A stretch of DNA of 64,000 nucleotides from Felis catus. Taxonomy: Eukaryota. The position numbers were made by a program, and so were the translations under genes. The notes beneath the pieces are model-generated. The model was not told where the DNA came from, did no database searches, and saw only the letters and a program-made list of their open reading frames with translations. The DNA lies in the NCBI RefSeq assembly GCF_018350175.1, contig NC_058381.1, positions 41,106,001 to 41,170,000 of the forward strand. Direction: 5' to 3'. This document shows, one piece after another, positions 1 to 10,400 of the stretch (within the stretch, counting starts at the first letter, position 1; every line of letters begins with the position of its first letter).

Positions 1-839
1 ATATTAGGTAACATTTCTATAGGGTTCTGTAGTTAACAGAGTGTTTCGTTGTTGTTGATGTTGTTTTACGTACATCTCATTTGACACTTAAGGGTAGGTG
101 TTGAGTTTGATGTGCCTGTGGGATGCACAGGTGAAATGTCCATCAGGCAATTGGAGCCATAGAACTGAATTTCAGGGAAAATGGGCTGGAGAGAGAACCA
201 GCCACATGTTTTGAGATTAGAAGTCACCGAGGATAAGCTCCTTGCAAGGAGGCCAGTTCAGAAAAAACGCCAGGCTCGCTGGTGGAAGGTCTGGCTTATC
301 AGGTTACTGAGTTCACACTTTATCGTAGAGAAGACAGTGGGGGTGTGAGGTAGGTTTGGGCACAGGGAAGTGACTGCATCAGAGTCAGTGATTTAGGAAA
401 TGTGATTTGATGGCCAAGTAGAGGCAGAGAACTGCGGGAAAATATTACAGATGTCCAGGCCCTTAGGTGACAAAGCTTAAGGCAACTAATGTTTAAAAAT
501 AGATGGAATGACAGCATTAAGGGTACGTGATCAGTAAAACACAGACCGGGGAAACATCTACAAAATAAATGTTCCAACTTTTTAAAATATTTTGTAAGGA
601 ATTAAAAAGGAGAGCTGAAAGGAGAATTTATAGATTAGAGATTTAAGAGCTGTGTCAGTAATCAATGTAGAGACCTGATCTGTACCCTACTTTTGAATAA
701 ATGAATTATTTTTAAAAATTGGGCACAATCAGGGAAATTTAAATACTGAGTGTATGTTTCATGGTATTAAAGAAGCATTGTTAATGTTTTTGGGGGTGAT
801 AACAGCATTGTGGTTATGTTTTGATAATGAGTGCTTACC

Positions 840-1066
840 GGGGCACCTGGGTGGCTCAGTTGGTTAAGCATCCGACTTTGCTCAGGTCGTGACCTCGCAG
901 TTTGTGAGTTCAAGCCCCACGTTGGGCTCTGTGCTGACAGCTTGGAGCCTGGGAGCCTGCTTCAGATTCTGTATCTCTGTCCCTCTCTCTCTCTGTACCT
1001 CACCTGCTCACACTCTGTCTCTCTCTCAAAAATAAACATTAAAAAAATTTTTTTAAGTAAAATAAA
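840..1066 (+). mobile_element. CAN-SINE (SINEC_Fc-like) inserted into an old L1 3' fragment
   Basis: GGGGCACCTGGGTGGCTCAG head, (CT)n and A-rich tail. 14-bp TSD AATGAGTGCTTACC at 826-839 and 1067-1080. Confidence 0.93.
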
Positions 1067-1215
1067 AATGAGTGCTTACCTTTTAGAGATATGTACTGAA
1101 GTATTTACAGTTAAAATTATATGATATCTGAACTTGGCTTCCAAATAATAGGTAAGTGGGGAGTAGGTTGTGTGATGAAATAAGATTGACCTTGAGCCAA
1201 TAGTAATTTTTCAGG

Positions 1216-1562
1216 GGGGCACCTGGGTGGCTCAGTCAGTTGAGCATCTGACTCTTGATTTCAGCTTGGGTCCCATGATCCCAGGATCATGAGATTAAGC
1301 CCTAGGTTGGGCTTTGCATTGAGTGTGGAGCCTACTCGAGATTATGTTTCTCTCCCTCTGCCCCTCTTCCCCACTAGCGTGTGCTCTCTCTCTCTCTCTC
1401 AAAAAAAAAAAACAAAAAAAAAACAAAAACTCCCTCTGTGAGTTCAAGCCTCATGTCGGGCTCTGAGCTGTCAGCACAGACTCTGCTTCAGACTCTGTCT
1501 CCCTGCTTCAGACTCTGTCTCCCTCTCTGTCTGCCCCTCCCCCACTCATGCGCACGCACGTG

Positions 1563-1608
<46 letters not shown>

Positions 1609-1895
1609 AAAATGAATAAATGTTAAAAAAATTTTAATTAAAAAACTAAAAAAAAACAAAAAATTGGTGAGGGGCACATGGGTGGTGCAGTTGGTTAAGC
1701 GTCCGACTCTTGATCTTGGCTCAGGTCATGATCTCAGGGTTTGTAAGTTTGAGCCCCACATTGGGCTCTGAGCTGATGGTGTGGAGCCTGCTTGGGATTC
1801 TGCCACTCCTTCTCTCTGCCCCTCCCCTGCTTGTATGCACATGTGTGCACACACTTACTCTCTCTGTCTCAAAGTAAGTAAATACTAAAAATTGT
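1216..1895 (+). mobile_element. Three tandem plus-strand CAN-SINEs (middle copy 5'-truncated)
   Basis: Heads at about 1216 and 1671, three (CT)n/A-rich tails. Boundaries approximate. Confidence 0.88.
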
Positions 1896-1969
1896 TTTAA
1901 TATTGGTGCATAATAATGTCCCATTCATGAACTCTTATAATGCTTTTTTGTTTCCTTGGATTGTGATAG

Positions 1970-4414
1970 ATCTGGAACATTGCTACCAATAAACTGACCT
2001 TTCTCAACTCCTTTAAAATGAAGATGTCTGTTATCCTTGGCATCATTCACATGATGTTTGGAGTCAGCCTGAGCCTCTTCAACCATACGTGAGTTGCTGT
2101 ATTTCTGTCTCAGGAACACGCATAATTTAGATAATGCTTTCGCCTAAAGAAATCATGACATCTTTGGAGAGGGATTAATAACTCAGAACCCTATTCTACA
2201 TTAAAGAGGTGCTTTTTATAAAAATCTCATATTCTTTTTTTTTTTTTTAAATGTTTTATTTATTTTTGAGACAGGGAGAGACAGAGCATGAACAGGGCAG
2301 GGTCAGAGAGAGGGAGACACAGAATCTGAAACAGGCTCCAGGCTCTGAGCTGTCAGCACAGAGCCCGACGCGGGGCTCGAACCCACGGACCGCGAGATCA
2401 TGACCTGAGCTGAAGTCGGCCACTTAACCGACTGAGCCACCCAGGTGCCCCAAAAATCTCATATTCTTAAATGAGGCTTAATTAGCATTAGTCCCTTAAC
2501 AATTTACAATTGTAGTAAAGCTCTTTGAAAAACTTTATGTCATTTTCATCAAAATGAGTGAGGTATTTTTTTTTTTCTCTTGATGTGTAACTCACATAAA
2601 ATTATAAACTATGGTCCCAGAAGGTACTATATTTTCCAGTCTCTTTCTGATGGGAAAAGTTCGGTGGTGGGGGGTGGGGGTGGGGGTGGTACTGGAACTG
2701 TCCAAGGTCCAAAAATTTAGAAGTCACAATTAATCCTGCTTCTCTCCGTTGCCTTCAGTGCATCTGGCTGTTGCTTCTTAAAGTGATAAAGACAGAATTG
2801 AGGGAAGTGTAGGTAGGAGATCTAGTGAGTACTCCATTTGGTGTGGGGGTGACCCTGGGTCTGTTCACTGTTTTGTTTTTAATTTTAATTTTTTTAAAAG
2901 TAAGCTCTATATCCAATGTGAAACTTGAACGGACGACCTTGAGATCAAGAGCCGCATGATCCACCGACTGAACCACCAGGCGTCCCTGGATCTGTTTGCC
3001 TTTAACATTTTTTTTCTCTCTTTTTAGCTATTTCAAGAAACCCCTGAATATCTACTTTGGATTTATTCCTGAAATAATCTTCATGACCTCTTTGTTTGGC
3101 TACTTGGTTATCCTCATATTTTACAAGTGGACAGCCTATGATGCTCATACATCTGAGAAGGCGCCAAGCCTTCTGATTCATTTCATAAACATGTTTCTCT
3201 TTTCCTACGGTGACTCTAGTAATGCGATGCTTTATTCTGGACAGGTGAGTCAACCCAGAGGTAGACTGGCTTAGGTGGTTCCCTCAATCAGGAAGCCAGA
3301 TATTTCTCTTTTCTTTTTTAATGTTTGTTTAGTTTTGAGAGAGAGAGCACGTGCATGCACAAGTGGGGGAGGCTCAGAGAGAGGGGGACAGAGGATCAAA
3401 GCGGGCTCTGTGCTGACATCAGAGAGCCTGATGCGGGGCTTGAACTCATGAACTGTGAGATCATGACCTGAGCCAAAGTCAGATACTCAACTGACTGAGC
3501 CACCCAGGTGCCCCAGGAAGCCAGATATCTGCAAAAGCCTTTAAAAATCTCTTTCTGTGGTGTTGGTGTTCAGCCCATACCTTCAGACCTAAATTCAGCC
3601 CATCCTCCTTAGCATCCTATCAGATAATTCTTGGGCTTTGCCACAATATCTGCTAATTAGTTTGAGAAACTGGATGGTGTCATTCATAGATCAGTAAGAA
3701 AATACTGTTTGGGGGAAATTTGTGCTAGAGTTGGAAACTGCATGTTTGATTAATGTGATGTGCCTTGTCCTTACTTTGTAGAAAGGAATTCAGTGTTTCC
3801 TGGTAGTGGTCGCGCTACTGTGTGTACCTTGGATGCTACTATTTAAACCACTGGTCCTTCGCCATCAATATTTGAGGAGGAAGCATTTGGTGGGTGTATT
3901 TTTGTTGCTGAAAGATACTAGATTTTTTTTCCCCTTGAGAGCAAGGCAGTTCCTCATCAGGTATAATGAATTGTGCATAAGACTACATCCTCTTAAAACG
4001 CACTTGTGTCATATCCCAGCATGTGCATTGGACCTGATGAAAAAAAAAATTTTTTTTAAACCCATGTATTTGCTGCTCGAACATCTGGATTCAGCTTTGA
4101 GTAGCTTAGGTACAGGAAACAAGTCATAAGTTTCTGCCTTTCTTGGTCATGCTTTGCTCGTGCTGTGCTCAGCAAAATCCAGGTCTGGGCCTGCTTAGAT
4201 GCAGCCTCAGCCAAGTCAGGGCTGCAGGAGCTACAGGTGGGTGAACCCACTCATGTGGTTTGCCTGGGCAACCACAGGGCTGACGCTGAGACATTTTCGT
4301 TTAAAATGAGACCATGATACTTTCACCAATTGAGACATCTGGGAAAAAGATTTTTTTTTTTTTTAAATGCTACACATAAACTTGTGTTTACTCAATGTTT
4401 GTGTGCTTATGAAT

Positions 4415-4469
<55 letters not shown>

Positions 4470-7400
4470 CCCAAATTTTCATTTCTGGCTATGCAATAAT
4501 GATTACTTGTTACACTGCCTAATAAAACCCAAAAGATCTTATTGCATGACTCTCATACGGCTGTTAGATTATTATTCCTGTTGGAGAGCAGCTGAGTTAC
4601 AAGACCCTCCTTCTCCCTTTTCTGACCATCTTCATCCTTCCATGTACCCTCCATTCGTCTCCCCGCCTCACTCCCGCCCTCTTTTGTTTCTTTCTCCCTT
4701 CCTTTTCTCTTCCATTCACTATCAGGAAGGGCAGCCTGTGGAGGCCCCAGTCAGCCCAACCCCGAGCCAGCAGGGACTAGAGGCAGCAGCGGCTGCAACA
4801 GTGAGTGAATGAAAACTGACAAACCATCACATTTTGTGTAAAGAGGTGGCAAACAGTGCAGCAGAATTCTTTTCAGTTATATGGAGAGCGTGGGACATGT
4901 GTGCTCTTGGGAAGTCCATCCTTTTAGCTCATTGGGACAAAGATAGGAAAGACTTCCACCTCTTACGAGTAGATTCTAATATCATCTTGATCATTGGTCT
5001 ACTAAGTTTCTATTCAAATTTGTAAGTACAGTCATGTCTACGGGAGGAAAGTGGCTGTTGTACCCTCTCAGAATCCCATCATCTTAATGGGATATATTTT
5101 GTGACCACGTATTAGATGCTTTTTCTGCATGGAGCAAGAACATTTCTGTGATTCTTGAATAAATCTCCCTGCTCTTTAAACTTCTGCTTCGGAGTGATGC
5201 TTGGACATTTGGTCCATTTTAGCTATGACTTACTCTCCTGCCAGTCAGAGCTTATACATGTCTACTTTTTTGCGAGAGACTCAGAAGCCCTCATGTCCTC
5301 AGCTGTTCCATTGAGACCTCCACTCCGCCATGTGTCTCGTGTGTCTTCTGCATCTGGTACAATAACCAAAGTCATCTGTTTCGACTTTCCTTCTTCAAAT
5401 ACTAACTCATGGTTCAGCAACAGCACTTTGAATGTTAAGTATTTCAATATTTTTCCTGAAAAACATCTCTTAACCAAACTGTTTTAATGTGCTAATATCA
5501 ACTTAGCCCGGTGTATTCTAGGTAATCAGTAAGATTTAAAAAAATCTCACCAGCAGTAATCACACATGTACTCTTATGATCTAGTGGCATCATACTCCTT
5601 TATAAGAAAATGAAATATTTAGATGGATAGCTCTTTCCTTCATTAGGTGTTTCTGATCATTTTAAACCTAGAAAACTGCTGTAATCCTTCTAGAACTAAT
5701 CTAAAAGGGCTGATATTTTGGATCAGAAGATAGTTTAATGTTACTGTTTAAAATTATTTTCAAACAGGGATTTACTCTCTCCTTTGAGAAATGTTTTAAG
5801 TTCACAAACCACATACTATCCATTTATTGACATTCTTTCCACGTGCCCTTCTTTCTGTTAGTCTTAGCATATTTAGGATGTGCTTCTGATGCATCCGTTT
5901 TGGTGCTTTTAACTCTGTTACCCTCTTCTACGATATTGTCCAAGTGAAACGTCCCCCGTCTGGAAACCTGCACCTTCGTAGAGTCTTCTTAGCCCACTGG
6001 TTCTTCCACGAAACGTCTGGTTCTATTGAGCCTCATGAAAGCTTCAAGATGATCATTTCACAAGGACTCTGGATTCTTGACCCTAAGGGCTGAGGAGACA
6101 ATCACTGATCTGTGTTTGTTCTGTTCTTTGTCCTTTGGGTTGTCTGTAAGCAGTGTATCATGGTTTAATGTTTTCTTTTTTCTGCTGACGTGTATGTCTC
6201 ATCTCCCCTTCCTGTAATTTTCATGTCCTGTGTCCTGAAGGGACACTTGCTAGTGTCTGGCTGAGAGGTTTACCCTGTCTGCCCCTCACTCTGTCTGCTG
6301 GTTGGGAAAAGCTTCAGAAATGACCTTCCGCTTTAGGATCCTTAAAGCCTGAAGCCTGCCTCAACCCTGTAACCCGTGCCAGGATATGCTGGGGTCCTCT
6401 CCTGTCACCAGTGCCCTTTTTGTACTTCCAGTCCACCTGCTGAGGTCTGTCAGGTGTAACGTTTGCATGACCTGGAGGTGCCCAGGGTCTCAGTGCTTCC
6501 CGAATCTGAGTACACATCAGAATCGCCTGGTGACCTTTACGTTTGTTTCTTAGAGTATTAAAACAGAAGAAGTAATAAAGATAGTCCGCAGTTCCATGAC
6601 CCAGACAATCCTCCACTGACATTAAAAAGTAAAATTAAAGCAATAGGTTAGAAAATGCAAATAGTACTGAAAGTGAAAGTGCTCCTGTCCCTGGACGACT
6701 CCTACTCAAAGGCAGGGGAATTTTGCCTCCAATATTGTTCTGCATATGTCAGCATATTGCTATCATCTATTGATATAAATATGTATATGTATTTGTACAT
6801 GTGTATGTATACACGTTTAAAACATACTAGGAATTGTGTTTTAAACTGTAGCACTCTTTTGCCCCTTGATTTATTAAGTTTAAAAATTTTTAGTGTATCC
6901 TGGGAGATTGTTTCACTCTTTTTTTTTAATTTTTTTGTTTTTAATGTTTATTCATTTTTGAGAGACAGAGACAGCATGAATGGGGAAGGGGTAGAGAGAG
7001 AGGGAGACACAGAATCTGAAGCAGGCTCCAGGCTCTGAGCTGTCGGCACAGTGTTTCACTCTTTTTTATAGTTGTCTAGTATTCCATAGAACATTCTGTT
7101 GGATATGCTAAAATTGTGTAATCACTGTCATTGATGGATGTGTTGGTTGTTCCCAATTCTCTGCTATTATAAATACAAATGCAGGGAACATCCTTGTCCA
7201 CATATCTTGATAAAATTTCATAAACATAGATGTTCCCAGTGGTGGGGGTCTCAAAGGGTATGTGCATTTTTTTTGTGCCTGAATTTTCAAGGTAGACAAT
7301 AAAAAATGCTTATACAGTTTGTACGTGGGGAAATATTTTTTTAAATATAGATTTTCTGGGCCCCACCCCAGATCTACTAAGTATACAATTTCCGGGGGTA

Positions 7401-10400
7401 GTATTTGAGAATCTCTATTTAATTTCAAGGTGATTCTGATGCAGCTGGCTCCCTGACCAGCACGGAAGAAGTCCTGCTTCAAGGAGAAGGAGAATTTGCC
7501 CAAGCACTGAGTTCTGGTGGTCAGTCAGCTGTAGTAAAAGCTGCACACCAAAAGGTGAAGCTGCGAGTAGGGACCTCCGGGCAGTGGAGCAAACCTGTTG
7601 GCACATTGTGCTGCTGCCCACAAGGTCGATTTGCAGGAGAAAAGTTTTTGAACTCTTGCCTCGTTTGGGGTCCCTGATCAGAAACCATAAGAAGTGGGCC
7701 CAGGACCTGTTTCTTTAGCTCCTGTTCACTCTGGCGGGTTAGCACTCATTGGTATTTGTCTGACTTAACCCCAGTTCTGCCTGGTTTTGTACTCAAAGAG
7801 TCCTTTTGTCTCAGTAAGCCCAAGCTTTTCCAAGTCAGGTTGACTTAGAAATTCTGGTTCTGGAGAGCCCGCTGAACACTATGCCTGGGAAACTGGAAGC
7901 AAACACCCATTTGGCATTTGCCCACATGCCTGGAAGAGAGTTGTTGTAACACTCCAGAATCCTCCATTGAAGGAAAGGGGACTTTTTCATTCCTTTTTTT
8001 TTTTTTTTTTTTTGACCTCAGTATTCTCTGGCCGCAAGCTGATGTCCATATAGATTTCTCCCTTCCCTGATCTAGGAAGTCCTTTGTTCCTGGGCAGAAA
8101 CCCAGTATGCTTCTGGGAGAAGTTGCTGGAACTCTTGGGTTCCAGTTGAAAGTTTATCAGACCAGGTTATGGTCACCATGTCATTTGGCTCCACTCCCTC
8201 TTAGAAAGTCTGATCTTTAGTTCTAGAAAAACTTAGACCACTGACAACTTCACAGATAGAGCTACACTCATTGTAAGAGTCCGTTCAGGTTAAGCTTTTC
8301 ATTCAAGCAGTCATCTCAGTTAGTGTTGACCAAGGCCAGGTTGGTGAGTCTTGGTGCGGCAGGCTGCATGTTTCCTCTGATCAGAATGAGGTGGTAAATG
8401 TAGTTGGGGCTGGGGCTGGGGCGGTGCTGGTTGGGGTGGGAACAGTGGTTTGTTTTTACTTGGCTGTTGGATCAGCGGGTTTTGATTTTGTTGTTAGAAT
8501 ATATGCTTTTCTGAGGTTTGTATGTACTAACCATCACCCTTCCCCACTCNNNNNNNNNNNNNNNNNNNNNNNNNNNNNNNNNNNNNNNNNNNNNNNNNNN
8601 NNNNNNNNNNNNNNNNNNNNNNNNNNNNNNNNNNNNNNNNNNNNNNNNNNNNNNNNNNNNNNNNNNNNNNNNNNNNNNNNNNNNNNNNNNNNNNNNNNNN
8701 NNNNNCAGAAGAGGTAAGATCCAGTGGCGTGGGCTTCCTCTCCTTCTACTGTGGGTCAGCCCTAGGCTTATGTGCATAGGAGGCCTCCCTACACTCTTCT
8801 TAGAAAATGAAAATACTAATACTAATGATCAGCCTGCCTTCTGGGCCTCTTAGGGCACCACAGCTTTTTCCAGTGGGCCTGCTCTGAACTCTAGGTGTCA
8901 CCGGCAGCGCCCATAGCAGTTTTGCTTCATGGTCCGAACTTGAATTCCGAGTTGCCTGCAGTATTCTGCGCGCAAATCTCAATTACTAACTGTGCTCCTG
9001 GGGACCGAGGGCAGTGGAGGCCCCGGCTTCCCAGGTCTTATTACCAGAAACACAGGCCCTTTAGGGCAGCCTCTTCATCCCTTGCCCCTTCCAGGAATGG
9101 TTCCAGTTGGAACTGTAATTGCTGGTCCTTTTAAAGTCTTGTCCCACGAATCTGCTCTCTGTGGCAGATACATTATTTGAGCTTTTGAAAAATGTTATTT
9201 GCCTACTTTTTACAGGGAGGGTGAAAAGCAGTAAGGTCAAATTAGACTTTTCCTTAAACCACCACCTCCAAGCTGCTTTTTAAAAATCCGGTCTGCTTGC
9301 CTTGACCCCTCATGCCACAGAACCTGTGAACTGAACTTGTGAATGTCATCTATTTGTTATATTCTTTTTTCCCCCTTGTTATGTTCTTTTTCAAGCAAAT
9401 AGAATAGGAGTTGAGGACCCAGGTGACTGAACTTTTCAGTCTAACTGACCACTTCCACTGTGTGTATGACATTTGTAAAAAGGAATTGCAAGGGTTGGGG
9501 TGCCTTTAAAAAAATATGTATCTTCATGCTCTAAATCCTGCTGGTTTTGCTCTCTGTATGCTGAGCATGTCTGCCTCCAGCACGTTAGACCCATTTAACA
9601 TTAACGATCTTCCCCGAGAAACAGTCAGTAACCTTGTGCTTATGACTCGTGACCTTGTGTGGCATGGCTTCCCACTAAGTGTAAATTTGTGTTTTCAAGC
9701 CTACCGAGGACGAAGTGGTAAGAAACAAGCTGGCTTTGCCTTCATGTTTATCTGGGGCTTCTCTTCCCATCCTTGTGATCACTCTGCTGACCCTGCCGCA
9801 ACCCTGGGGCCACACGTGACACCTGTGTGTCCTGCATCTCACTGGCCATTTCTAACCAGTCCGTGAACCTGTATTCTGAGAACATCCGTCTCCATTAACT
9901 GCATCTCATGTCGGTCACCTCTGTCTTTGTTTCGTTGACTTTGCTGATCTAATACCTCTGAGAATGGCTTTGAAAGGAGCTACAAGTAATGTCTGCATTG
10001 GCATTCTTGAAGTGACCCCCTTGGGGGTCAAATCCCATTGGTCTTTGCCTTCCTGTCCTGTGATGTTATGTATGGTATGGTCGCTCTGCTGCTGGGAGTA
10101 GCTGTTTCCTCCTTGCTCCTCTGAGAGCTTGTGAGTAAAGCTCACCCTTCTCCCTGTCTGAGATGCAGCCACCCTCTTCCTACTGTCCTCATCAGCTTGA
10201 TGATGCTTGAAGTGAGAATTGCTGGACCCTCGCTTGGGGTCAGTTGTACCTCCACTATGACCCAGGTGGGAGGGAGACAGCTTTCAAGAGGAGGCTTTGC
10301 CTCTCCGATACATCCCAGAAAAAACAATCCCAACTGCATGAAAGGAGTTCATATTAATACCAGGTAATAGAATCAAAGTTGGCTATCAGGCCACATTTGG

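Noticed and set aside
831-1124. SINE heads as tRNA genes, and SINE-derived ORFs (for example GAPGWLS..., QVMISRF...)
   Set aside because: CAN-SINEs are tRNA-derived but have (CT)n/A tails and TSDs. The recurring peptides are translation artefacts of the repeat.
5155-5487. 110-aa intronic ORF in ATP6V0A1 as another possible cassette exon
   Set aside because: No convincing acceptor/donor pair in the right phase.
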